Positions 35,095 through 44,007 of a stretch of 64,000 nucleotides of DNA are shown here, in pieces. A model generated the notes under the pieces. That model did no database searches, was not told the DNA's origin, and worked only from the letters and a program-made list of their open reading frames with translations. The translations under genes and the position numbers were made by a program. The first letter of the stretch is position 1. Each line of letters starts with the position of its first letter. This stretch comes from Syntrophales bacterium. Its GTDB lineage: Bacteria > Desulfobacterota > Syntrophia > Syntrophales > UBA2210. The stretch spans positions 2,400,001 to 2,464,000 of the forward strand of contig CAXXKT010000001.1 of the NCBI GenBank assembly GCA_963662405.2. Reading direction: 5' to 3'.

Positions 35095-35910
35095 GTGAAT
35101 AACGTGACAAAGGTAATCGTTACCGGAGCCGCCGGCAAGATGGGAGGGCGTATCATTGCCCTTATCCAGGGAGACGACCGGATGGAGCTTGTGGGGGCGT
35201 TGGAACAGAAGGGACATCCGCTCATCGGAAAAGATGTTGGCTCGTTTCTGGGGCTGGGAGTAACCGGTGTCGCTCTTGGAGATGATCTGGATGGTTGTAT
35301 CGACCAGGCCGATGTTGTTATTGATTTCACGAGTCATACTGCATCGCTGGATCACCTGCGAGTAGCGGCCGAGCACGGCACGGCGATCGTCATCGGTTCC
35401 ACGGGATTTACACCGGATGAGATGGAAAAGGTGGCTGATCTCTCTCGCGGGACACGGTGTGTCTTTGCTCCCAACATGAGCGTCGGTGTGAATGTCATGT
35501 TCAAGGTCCTCAAAGAGGTGGCCGGTATCCTGGGGGACGCGTATGACGTGGAGATCGTCGAGGCACACCACAACCAGAAAAAGGATGCCCCCAGCGGGAC
35601 GGCCGTGAAGATGGCCGAGGTCATAGCCGAGGCCCTCGGCAGGGATATGGGGGAGATCGGCGTATACGGTCGCAGGGGGATGATCGGGGCCCGTCCGCAG
35701 GCGGAAATAGCGGTTCACACCGTCAGGGCGGGAGATATCGTTGGTGAACACACAGTCCTCTTCGGCGGCATGGGTGAGCGGCTGGAGTTCACCCACCGCG
35801 CCCACAGTCGCGAGAATTTCGCCCGGGGAGCGATCCGGGCTGCGTTATGGATTGTCGATAGAGGAAAGGGCCTGTATGATATGCAGGATGTCTTGGGACT
35901 GAACGGCTGA
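35095..35910 (+). CDS. dapB: 4-hydroxy-tetrahydrodipicolinate reductase
   Basis: GAAGKMG, EAHHNQKKDAPSGTA. Confidence 0.96.
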   Translation: MNNVTKVIVTGAAGKMGGRIIALIQGDDRMELVGALEQKGHPLIGKDVGSFLGLGVTGVALGDDLDGCIDQADVVIDFTSHTASLDHLRVAAEHGTAIVIGSTGFTPDEMEKVADLSRGTRCVFAPNMSVGVNVMFKVLKEVAGILGDAYDVEIVEAHHNQKKDAPSGTAVKMAEVIAEALGRDMGEIGVYGRRGMIGARPQAEIAVHTVRAGDIVGEHTVLFGGMGERLEFTHRAHSRENFARGAIRAALWIVDRGKGLYDMQDVLGLNG

Positions 35911-35926
35911 AGGCGGAGGGACCTCC

Positions 35927-36451
35927 ATGGAGGATGGTTTCATCTGTTTTCTGGGGATCGGCTCCAACAGGGGTGATCCGGTCCGGAACTGCGCCGCTGC
36001 ATGGAGATATATATCCGCTATAGAGGGAATCACGGTCCTGAAGCGGTCATCGCTCTACCGGACGCAGCCGGTGGGTGTTGTGGAACAGGACTGGTTCGTC
36101 AATGGTGTCATTGAGGTGCGGACCGCGCTTTCCCCCCGCTCACTTCTGGGGTTTCTCCTGGACGTGGAAGATGTGATGGGGAGAGTCCGAACCGTCAGAT
36201 GGGGGCCGCGGCTCATCGATATCGATATCCTCCTCTATGGGCAGGTGATCGTTGATGAAACGGAACTCGTTGTCCCGCATCCCCGGCTTCATACGCGGCG
36301 GTTTGTGCTGGTGCCTCTGAGTGAGATAGCACCACATGCCGTTCACCCCGTATTCGGCCTCTCCGTCAGGGGCCTCGTGGAGCGGCTTGATGATACGAGT
36401 ATCGTTGAATGGTTGAGCAGCGAGTGGGACCACTCAGGTGATGTGATATGA
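35927..36451 (+). CDS. folK: 2-amino-4-hydroxy-6-hydroxymethyldihydropteridine diphosphokinase
   Basis: GIGSN, RWGPRLIDIDIL, PHPRL..RRFVLVPL. Confidence 0.95.
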   Translation: MEDGFICFLGIGSNRGDPVRNCAAAWRYISAIEGITVLKRSSLYRTQPVGVVEQDWFVNGVIEVRTALSPRSLLGFLLDVEDVMGRVRTVRWGPRLIDIDILLYGQVIVDETELVVPHPRLHTRRFVLVPLSEIAPHAVHPVFGLSVRGLVERLDDTSIVEWLSSEWDHSGDVI

Positions 36452-36705
36452 TTCGTTTAATAATTGCGGCCATAATCGTATATGTGGTATACCGTCTCTC
36501 CAAAGGGGTGTTTCACCCGAGGGAGAAGGTGTCGGGTCGTCCTTCCGGGGAGGTGCACCGGATCAAGGGGGAAGAACTCGTGAAGGATCCCTGTTGTGGC
36601 ACCTACGTTCCGATAAGCAGTGCCTATACGACAACCCTGAACGGCAAGACCCTGTACTTTTGCAGTAAGGAATGCCTGGAGAAATACAGGCGGGAACAGA
36701 GGTGA
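36448..36705 (+). CDS. YHS/TRASH-domain membrane protein
   Basis: N-terminal TM; DPCCGTYV...YFCSKEC. Confidence 0.8.
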   Translation: MIRLIIAAIIVYVVYRLSKGVFHPREKVSGRPSGEVHRIKGEELVKDPCCGTYVPISSAYTTTLNGKTLYFCSKECLEKYRREQR

Positions 36706-36714
36706 AAGGAGCGC

Positions 36715-37362
36715 ATGAAGTTTTTTATCGATACCGGCAACATTGATGAGATCAAAGAGGGACTGAACCTTGGAATGGTCGACGGTGTCACGACGAACCC
36801 CTCTCTCGTGGCAAGGGAAGGAAAGGATTTTGATACCGTCATCAGGGAGATATTGGGGATAGTGACGGGACCGGTCAGCCTTGAGGTGGTGAGCGAGGAT
36901 GCCGAGGGGATGGTCTCTGAAGGGAAGGCGCTCGCAGCGCTGGCCGAGAACGTGGTGGTGAAGGTCCCCATGACGACCGAGGGGTTGAAGGCCACCCGGT
37001 CGCTGTCGGAGCTGGAGATCGCCGTGAACCAGACACTGATCTTTTCGCCGGTGCAAGCCCTTCTTGCCGCCAAGGCGGGTGCGCGGTACGTGAGTCCTTT
37101 CATCGGGAGGCTCGACGACATCTCCCAGACGGGAATGGATCTGGTGGAGCAGATACTCACCATATTCGATAACTATGCCTTTGATTGCGAGGTGATCGTC
37201 GCCAGTGTCAGACATCCCCTCCACGTTCTCCAGGCGGCGCTTCTCGGGGCCGATATCGCCACGATCCCCTTTAAGGTGATACAGCAGCTGGCCGGACATC
37301 CCCTTACCGATATCGGGATTGAGAAATTCATGGCCGACTGGCGGAAGGTTCCGAAGGGATGA
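36715..37362 (+). CDS. fsa: Fructose-6-phosphate aldolase / transaldolase
   Basis: [26 protein letters not shown]. Confidence 0.9.
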   Translation: MKFFIDTGNIDEIKEGLNLGMVDGVTTNPSLVAREGKDFDTVIREILGIVTGPVSLEVVSEDAEGMVSEGKALAALAENVVVKVPMTTEGLKATRSLSELEIAVNQTLIFSPVQALLAAKAGARYVSPFIGRLDDISQTGMDLVEQILTIFDNYAFDCEVIVASVRHPLHVLQAALLGADIATIPFKVIQQLAGHPLTDIGIEKFMADWRKVPKG

Positions 37363-37363
37363 C

Positions 37364-37981
37364 ATGTTCGATTTTCTGAAAAATCTTCTCGATAAGGTGA
37401 CGAACCCGAAGGCGAGCGCGGAGATATTCAATCTTCCGAACACGATCACCCTCCTGCGATTGGCGGTGATACCGGTGCTCTTCCTGCTCCTCTTCTCTCC
37501 GGGGAGGATCCTGAGCATGATCATAGCGGTCCTCTTTATCATCGCCTCGATTACGGACCTCATAGACGGGTACATAGCGAGAAAATACAATATCGTGACC
37601 ACGATGGGAAAATTCCTCGATCCCGTGGCGGACAAGCTCGTGGTCACCACGGCCATGATCATGCTGATCCCTATCGGGCGGATACCGGCCTGGATCGTCG
37701 CCCTTATCATCATGCGAGACCTGCTGGTCGATGGGCTCCGGAGTATCGCCTCGGCGGACGGCCTTGTTATCGACGCGAGCAGGTTGGGAAAGCAAAAGAC
37801 CTTGTGCCAGGTGGTCGCGGTGTCGGCGCTGCTGATTCATTACGATACGGTCTTCGGTATCGACGCGCATGCGGTCGGGATGGTGGTCCTTGTCCTCGCC
37901 CTTGTACTGACCGTCTGGTCCGGTGCCGATTATTTCAGGAAGTTTTATGAGCAAAAAATCGGGAAACAGCAGGCGGGGTGA
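37364..37981 (+). CDS. pgsA: CDP-diacylglycerol--glycerol-3-phosphate 3-phosphatidyltransferase
   Basis: NLPNTIT, DLIDGYIAR, GKFLDPVADK. Confidence 0.95.
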   Translation: MFDFLKNLLDKVTNPKASAEIFNLPNTITLLRLAVIPVLFLLLFSPGRILSMIIAVLFIIASITDLIDGYIARKYNIVTTMGKFLDPVADKLVVTTAMIMLIPIGRIPAWIVALIIMRDLLVDGLRSIASADGLVIDASRLGKQKTLCQVVAVSALLIHYDTVFGIDAHAVGMVVLVLALVLTVWSGADYFRKFYEQKIGKQQAG

Positions 37982-38038
37982 AAAGTTTTCGTTGACAACG
38001 GGGCCGTATTTTATTAAGAGGTCTTTCACAGAAATCAA

Positions 38039-38113
<75 letters not shown>

Positions 38114-38120
38114 TTTTTTT

Positions 38121-38196
38121 GGCGGCATAGCCAAGTGGCTAAGGCAGCGGTCTGCAAAACCGTTATTCACCGGTTCGAGTCCGGTTGCCGCCTCCA
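38121..38196 (+). tRNA. tRNA-Cys(GCA); integration site
   Basis: GGCGGCA...TGCCGCCTCCA, anticodon GCA. Confidence 0.97.
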
Positions 38197-38197
38197 A
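38152..38197 (+). repeat. attL (46 bp, 3' half of tRNA-Cys)
   Basis: Identical to 47698-47743. Confidence 0.95.
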
Positions 38198-38211
38198 GAA
38201 ATAACAAGGGG

Positions 38212-39417
38212 TTAGCCTACAACGGCTTGCCCCTTGTTTGTTTCAGGGTGCGTATAGGGTGCGTTTGGTTGCGTGTCCAGTTCGTCAATGTCCGATCTGC
38301 TTTCCTTTGGAAGCCATTTGTAATAAGTCCTATATGTGATTTCCGTTGTCGAATGACCCATTTCCTTGCTTACCTCTGCCAGGGAATCCCCTTTACTCAA
38401 TCGCAAGGTAGCATAGGTGTGCCTCATATCGTGCGGGGTCCGTCTTCTCAGTTTTGACTTATCCATGCCCCGGTTCCATACACGATGAATGAAGTTGCCA
38501 TAATTCAAGGGTGTACCGTCTTCATTGTTGAAAACCCATTCCGGCATAGACTTCCATCCCTGTTTAAGCGTTCTCTCTGCCATGTACTTTTTATGCTGTG
38601 TGAGAAGCTCTGCAAGTTGTGAGGTCATTCTTACGTGACGACGGCTTGACCGGCTCTTAGGGGTCGTTATTTTGCCCCGCGTGATGTTCCTTTGCACAAG
38701 TATCAACTTTTGATAGAAGTCAATATCCCCCCACTGTAGGCCGATAATTTCACCTATTCTGAGACCGGTTCTAAATCCACAAATGACAAGGGGATAATAT
38801 GTCGGATACTCTTTTAAGAATGTCTGTTCAAGTTTTGCGCGCTCTTTCCATGACAAAGGGTCCGGTTCTTTTACTTGCCGTTCATCTTCGGGTTTCGGTA
38901 TGGGAACCCCTCGCGCAGGGTTTGAAGAGATGAAACCATCAGGATTCACGGCATGCCTTAAAATTGCGCTCAGACAGTTTTTTATATTCCTTGCCGTGCT
39001 ACTCCTTAACCCTCCCTTGATCTTTTCGCTTATAAGGTCGCTGATCATTCGTGACGTGATTTCATCAAGGGGTTTCGATCCAAAAGCAGGTAAGAGGGTT
39101 TCATCAATTATGAGTCGATAGCTACGGTACGTAGAATGCTTCAGAGATAGGAGGGCAACTTTTTTATACCAACCGGTTTGAGATTTGCCTTCAGAGTCTT
39201 TCCAGCCGTCAACATATTCCTTGAGGGTAGGGGGCTTAGAGGATTTATCATCAATCCCCATTTCTCCCAGGGTCAATTTTGCTTCGATCTTCCTTGCGGC
39301 CTCCTGGGCAATACGCTTATCATGCCCCACCTTCTTTGATTTGCGTTTCCCGTTGTGATTGATAAACAACCACCATTCCCCGGACCCTTTGACCTTTTCT
39401 TTGACCTTGACTCCCAT
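38212..39417 (-). CDS. Tyrosine integrase
   Basis: TGLRIGEIIGLQWGDID, K, HDMRHTYAT, MGHS..EITYRTY; adjacent to attL. Confidence 0.95.
   Translation of the reverse strand: MGVKVKEKVKGSGEWWLFINHNGKRKSKKVGHDKRIAQEAARKIEAKLTLGEMGIDDKSSKPPTLKEYVDGWKDSEGKSQTGWYKKVALLSLKHSTYRSYRLIIDETLLPAFGSKPLDEITSRMISDLISEKIKGGLRSSTARNIKNCLSAILRHAVNPDGFISSNPARGVPIPKPEDERQVKEPDPLSWKERAKLEQTFLKEYPTYYPLVICGFRTGLRIGEIIGLQWGDIDFYQKLILVQRNITRGKITTPKSRSSRRHVRMTSQLAELLTQHKKYMAERTLKQGWKSMPEWVFNNEDGTPLNYGNFIHRVWNRGMDKSKLRRRTPHDMRHTYATLRLSKGDSLAEVSKEMGHSTTEITYRTYYKWLPKESRSDIDELDTQPNAPYTHPETNKGQAVVG
38245..38263 (+). repeat. Putative integrase arm-type sites (left)
   Basis: AGGGTGCGTATAGGGTGCG, identical to 47604-47622. Confidence 0.75.
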
Positions 39418-39480
39418 AATTCACCCCTTTTCAAGGGGCCAGGACACCCGCCCCGGCCCCTTTCTCGAATCTGTGATTGT

Positions 39481-39873
39481 TTATCCCGCCCCATATAGTC
39501 CGCCCCGAATTAACGTTAAGTGAGGGGCAGAGGTTTTTACCTTTTCAACTACAGGTTTTTGATCTTCTTGCCATTTCTTATACACATCTTGCCATTCTGC
39601 AAGTCGTTGCTTGCCTACTTTAACATTTTCCTTATGCCGGACTAGCCATTTCCTGCTAAACCTCAAACCCATTTCCAGAAAGGCTTTATCCATACCGCTC
39701 TGATTTGGATGTGTTTTCTTTCGCTCAAGCCACTCCTTTATTTCTTGCCGACAATCCCTTACCCCTTTTTGATGTAGGGCAATCCTGTTTTTTTCAATAG
39801 CGATAAAGTCTTTAAGGTATTTTTCACGACCCTCTTCAAACTGCTTCCATTCTTCCGATACATAAAACCGCAT
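39481..39873 (-). CDS. Hypothetical helical protein (130 aa)
   Basis: AAAGGAGAGGAG RBS before ATG 39873; no recognisable family. Confidence 0.65.
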   Translation of the reverse strand: MRFYVSEEWKQFEEGREKYLKDFIAIEKNRIALHQKGVRDCRQEIKEWLERKKTHPNQSGMDKAFLEMGLRFSRKWLVRHKENVKVGKQRLAEWQDVYKKWQEDQKPVVEKVKTSAPHLTLIRGGLYGAG

Positions 39874-39886
39874 TGCTCCTCTCCTT

Positions 39887-40055
39887 TCAAAATAGAAAAC
39901 CCCCCGAAGACTTCTCAAGGCCATAGGGGACCGCCCCCCACGTTACCGGGGAGGGAATCTTCAGGGGGTTTTGGGTGGTCTGTAGCTTTTTCATGGCCCT
40001 ATGGTTTGAGATTGAATGTAATGCTGTATATACAGCTATACCGCATGGAGGTCAA
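39887..40055 (-). promoter_or_regulatory. Sigma70-like promoter and structured leader with 35-aa uORF
   Basis: TTGACC-17-TATATA; uORF 39994-39887; two interleaved complementary stems. Confidence 0.6.
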
Positions 40056-40091
40056 GAATTTTGTGTTGCAATACAGCAAAAAATACCATAA

Positions 40092-40256
40092 ATGATACCC
40101 ATGGATAAAAAACATGTAACATTCAGAATTGACCCGGCAATTGTAAAAAAAATGAAATTCCTTTCCGTAGAAAAGGATAGGTCTCTAACTGACTTATTTC
40201 TTGAAGCCATTGAAGACCTCCTGAAAAAATATGAAAAGCCTAAGCGAATGAAATAA
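40092..40256 (+). CDS. Ribbon-helix-helix DNA-binding protein (below ORF-track size cutoff)
   Basis: MIPMDKKHVTFRIDPAIVKKMKFLSVEKDRSLTDLFLEAIEDLLKKYEKPKRMK, a beta-strand plus two helices pattern. Confidence 0.75.
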   Translation: MIPMDKKHVTFRIDPAIVKKMKFLSVEKDRSLTDLFLEAIEDLLKKYEKPKRMK

Positions 40257-40285
40257 CTTACTGCCTTTTTCGCCAAGGGGGAGTT

Positions 40286-40708
40286 ATGGATTTTAATAAG
40301 CCGGTCAAATATAGTAATTATATTTCTGGATTTTTGGCCATATGCCTATTTATTGTTTTGCCGTTTTTTATCTTAATGGATACTTGTTCTACATCATCTC
40401 CGCCCCCCACACCTGAACAAATTGCTGCTAAGCAATTACGTATGGATGATATGGACGCACGGACATGGGCCAGAATATATGTCAAAAATTCACTTAAATC
40501 GCCTTCAACAGCTAAATTTCCAAACGTGCTCGACTATATAGTCGCAAGAGCAGCAGACGAAAAAGGCAATATCATAAAGGATACATGGATAGTCTCTAGC
40601 TACGTAGATGCTCAGAATAGTTTCGGTGCAATGCTGAGAAGCAGATGGTGTGTTACGCTTAAAAAAGTAGGTGACAAGTGGATTGCACTTGACGTTGATA
40701 TACGATAA
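40286..40708 (+). CDS. Hypothetical single-TM protein (satellite accessory gene)
   Basis: N-terminal TM; LKSPSTAKFP and YVDAQNSFGAMLR motifs. Confidence 0.7.
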   Translation: MDFNKPVKYSNYISGFLAICLFIVLPFFILMDTCSTSSPPPTPEQIAAKQLRMDDMDARTWARIYVKNSLKSPSTAKFPNVLDYIVARAADEKGNIIKDTWIVSSYVDAQNSFGAMLRSRWCVTLKKVGDKWIALDVDIR

Positions 40709-40865
40709 TCATGTCTTAAGGATTAAATTTGTCTCTAAGACGCGCCTTCTTAGCCTCCCCTCTAAAAGTCGATTCTGGGCGGCTTTTCTAATGTCAAAAC
40801 CGCCATTCTGTCGGATTTGTTGCAGTCGTTTTACAAATCGGCAATTTTCGCCGTTTTCAAAGAAC

Positions 40866-40900
40866 AAAATGGGAGGGGAGGGGTGTTTCCACCCCTCCCC
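40866..40900. terminator. Hairpin between convergent transcription units
   Basis: ggggaggggtg-tttc-cacccctcccc. Confidence 0.55.
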
Positions 40901-41062
40901 CTGAAACAGCGAGCAGGGGGAGCGGCCTTGCCCGCTGTTTTTGTGTGCCGATTCACGTTCGGAGGTACGCAATCGGCCGCGAGTTTTGCTGAAACCAGGT
41001 AACTCGAAACCTGGTCGCCGCCTGCGGGATAGCCCGCCCCCGGCGCAGGGTAGTCAATACGC

Positions 41063-41422
41063 TTATTCAATCCGCCCCTGTGCGAAGATGCACAGGGCAG
41101 TATTGCTTGACGAATCGACTGTAAGAGAAGTTGCTGCCGTCAACACCATCCCGCCGTTTCGAAAATCCCATTGCAGTGAGGTATTCGCGGCCATTGCAAC
41201 AGGACCTAGCAAAGCCGTTGTGACTGCTGCGCCTGTCTTCCCTTCGCCGATGGTGATACTCTGAGCACCGGCCCCGTTGTTAATGGTGAGATGGTCAACA
41301 ATGATCGACGTTCCCGCCGCCGGAGCCGCTTTTAATACTTCACACCCGGACGCATCGGCGCTCGTGGCGTTCAAAATCCACCCGAATTTTCCGGGAGCTG
41401 GATTCGTTACAGTAATAGCCAT
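41063..41422 (-). CDS. Putative virion structural / head accessory protein
   Basis: Ala/Thr/Gly-rich beta-type sequence downstream of capsid gene; role inferred from position. Confidence 0.55.
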   Translation of the reverse strand: MAITVTNPAPGKFGWILNATSADASGCEVLKAAPAAGTSIIVDHLTINNGAGAQSITIGEGKTGAAVTTALLGPVAMAANTSLQWDFRNGGMVLTAATSLTVDSSSNTALCIFAQGRIE

Positions 41423-41435
41423 AATTCACCCCTTC

Positions 41436-41942
41436 CTATGCCAGGCACGTAGGCATCCTGTTCGCGGGATATCGCGGTTCCAAGATTGCGAATACAATCG
41501 CCTGTCCGGTCGCTCCACCGGGATCGGTGAAGTCAAGCGTCAACCACTCTTCACCATTCGCAACATCCATCTCAGAGGCCATGATATCGACAACCAGCAT
41601 GTAGTTGTCATAGGTGCCGTGAGTGAGCGTGAGTGCCGCGCTCGTACTCCAGGCAGTGAGAACGTCACAGGAAGCAGTACTTCCCGCAACCGCCGTTCCC
41701 TGTGCCGCACCGCCAAAGGCGTAACGGAAGGTCAAGGCCGAAGTGCAAGCCGCATCACTCGCGCCTGAATACAGATACAACACCGGGCTTGCCGTCCCGA
41801 TATCGTAAAGCTGAATCAGGTAGGTGCACCGATGAAAATTCTTCATACAAATACTGTCCGAAAGGTTGGAAGCTGCATTATCGAAGTCGATATCAACACC
41901 AACCGGGACGGGTTTAAAATTTTCGATGAAAATCATGTTCAT
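41436..41942 (-). CDS. Putative head decoration protein
   Basis: Immediately downstream of capsid gene; Ala/Thr/Asp-rich; role inferred from position. Confidence 0.55.
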   Translation of the reverse strand: MNMIFIENFKPVPVGVDIDFDNAASNLSDSICMKNFHRCTYLIQLYDIGTASPVLYLYSGASDAACTSALTFRYAFGGAAQGTAVAGSTASCDVLTAWSTSAALTLTHGTYDNYMLVVDIMASEMDVANGEEWLTLDFTDPGGATGQAIVFAILEPRYPANRMPTCLA

Positions 41943-41992
41943 TTACCTCGTATATGTAGTGCCGGGACCCGAAGGCCCCGGCGTGTTTATTG

Positions 41993-43306
41993 TTATCGAG
42001 CACCAAGAACCACGAAGGGGCTTACCGTCGTGCTTCCGTCTTCAAGGGTCAGAGCCTCATCCCAGAGGGGCTGGCCGTCGTGCCGTTCTATGATTCTTGA
42101 CAACAACTCATCCGTGGTAAAGTGAACATGGATTGACGTGTCAAACCTCATGCCCTCCCGGAGTCCCACAACGTACTGTGAGAAGTCACAGAGCATGATA
42201 TCGCCCTTATTCCCAAGAACTTCCGTCTTTTCCGTGAACAAAACCGGCCTCGTGAGGATCTTGAATTGACCGTTACTTTCAGTCATAACGGGTATTCTGT
42301 CGCCTCCGGTGCCAACGGCAATGCTTAAGGTCAATAGTTGCGGTATCGTGGATTGGTGACACACCCATACAGAGTTTTGGAAGCTCCCCGCGAACATCCT
42401 CGCCATCATGTTTGTCAAATTTTCGTACACGATGGTATCAGCCGCCTGGCCGTTTTCAGGGTCAACCTCTATGGTGCAACCAGCATTCAGGATACCCAAC
42501 GGTCCACCTGCCGCGCCGATCCCTTTCAAAAAGGCTTTATCCCGGTACCAGGCAAGGCCTTTTCCACACAGGGTTTCAATCTGTGACATCCCGCCGGGAG
42601 TATCCGCATTCAGCTCAGAGCTGAACCGAATCAAACCCGTCAATTTTTTCGCGTTCAGGGTCATGCTGCGAGCTTTCGGGGAGTTTTCGCTTATCGTGCC
42701 AAGCTCTGCTGTATAGGACGCGGTAAACCCGCCGAAAAGAGCTGTTGAATGATCCCCAATTGACATAGCTGGAATCTTGATTTCATTGCCCTTCATAGGC
42801 TGAACGAAACATCTCGGCATTACCAATTCATTTTCCAGTGATACCGCGTGAATCCTAGCGGCCTGCTCGGAGGGTACCAGAAAGCCCCCATCACTCGGAA
42901 CCGTTTCACTCATGGAATTGAGTAGAAGGCCCGGATGGTGACGGCCGGAAAGCGCCGCTGCGAAGAAGTTCGTTGTCTCATCTTCCCACTTGTACCCGCC
43001 GCTTCCAAACAGGCTTTTATAATCTTTTGCCCCGTTCGGGGGTATCAGAGTGCGGGCACCGTCAAGCCGGTATTCGCTGCCATTGCCTCTATCGGTAAAA
43101 TTCATGTTCTGAGGAAGGCTAAGCGGCTTTTCGGGAAGATATTTCCGCTCGTCTTCAATAGCGGATTCCATTTCGCCTATAAGTGAAATTTCCTGAGCAT
43201 TCAAAGCCCGCCCTTCTTTAACCGCCTTTACCTGAATATGTCCGATTTTCTCAGACAGTTTTTTTATATTTTCCCGTGTCTCTTCTTCGATATGCATATT
43301 ATTCAC
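41993..43306 (-). CDS. HK97-family major capsid protein
   Basis: N-terminal delta-like helical region; SDGGFLVP, AKKL.GL...S.EL, FLKG.G...PLGILN, DFSQY, R.DGQP. Confidence 0.9.
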   Translation of the reverse strand: MNNMHIEEETRENIKKLSEKIGHIQVKAVKEGRALNAQEISLIGEMESAIEDERKYLPEKPLSLPQNMNFTDRGNGSEYRLDGARTLIPPNGAKDYKSLFGSGGYKWEDETTNFFAAALSGRHHPGLLLNSMSETVPSDGGFLVPSEQAARIHAVSLENELVMPRCFVQPMKGNEIKIPAMSIGDHSTALFGGFTASYTAELGTISENSPKARSMTLNAKKLTGLIRFSSELNADTPGGMSQIETLCGKGLAWYRDKAFLKGIGAAGGPLGILNAGCTIEVDPENGQAADTIVYENLTNMMARMFAGSFQNSVWVCHQSTIPQLLTLSIAVGTGGDRIPVMTESNGQFKILTRPVLFTEKTEVLGNKGDIMLCDFSQYVVGLREGMRFDTSIHVHFTTDELLSRIIERHDGQPLWDEALTLEDGSTTVSPFVVLGAR

Positions 43307-43517
43307 CTTTCAATTTTGTTTTATTTTTATGTATATAAAAAAGCCGATACAGCGTGAAACATCTCGCATCAAACTGGATCGTTCCGCCCGGTTTCCGCCT
43401 TTCCTTTTGACAACCTCCCGCTGTCCTGGGTTCGTCAGCATCCCGCTGATTTATCCCTAAGGTTCGGCATCCCTCAGACTTCCATTTCACAGCATCTCAC
43501 TGTTAAAGGCATGGCCC

Positions 43518-43868
43518 TTAGACAATTCTTTCATAACCGCCGCCGCTGATTCGCAGTTGCAGGTTCGTCTGAAGATTTAAAAGCTTCCATATTTTCAAAA
43601 ATTCCCCCGTTGCCTGTCGCTGCGTATTGAGTAACGGGTGTTGCCGGGCTATCTTTGACCGCTCTGACTTTTTGCTTAATCCCTCTTCCCGGATAATTCG
43701 CCCGCACTCATCCGCCTGGTCCATCGCTTCAAGACCCCGAAGGAATAGCGCAATTTGACCCGGAGCACGGACGGACCGGCCCACATAAAAACTGAATAAT
43801 TCCTTTGCCTTTTCGCTTAAATGTTCCGGTGGTTCCGGCCATTTATGTTCATTTTCTGAGCTTGTCAT
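43518..43868 (-). CDS. P27-family terminase small subunit
   Basis: PEPPEHLSEKAKE, IREEGL, QHPLL. Confidence 0.75.
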   Translation of the reverse strand: MTSSENEHKWPEPPEHLSEKAKELFSFYVGRSVRAPGQIALFLRGLEAMDQADECGRIIREEGLSKKSERSKIARQHPLLNTQRQATGEFLKIWKLLNLQTNLQLRISGGGYERIV

Positions 43869-43902
43869 ATTGTTTCCCCTGTCACTTTTTGGTTTTTTTA
43901 TT

Positions 43903-43989
43903 CCCCCAAAAGTTTAATTATGCGATTTTGGGCATTTCGAAGCCAGCGCGGTTAACTCGGCATTGCTTCCAGAGATTTGAATGCCCCCC
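43903..43989 (-). other. Putative cos-like packaging site
   Basis: Minus strand GGGGGGCATTCAAATCTCT...ACCGCGC...CAAAATCGCATAATT...GGGGG just upstream of terS. Confidence 0.5.
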
Positions 43990-44007
43990 TTGTTCTCCAT
44001 TCAGAGG

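Noticed and set aside
40023..40036. E. coli-type LexA box
   Set aside because: The spacing is CTGT-N4-ACAG, not N8
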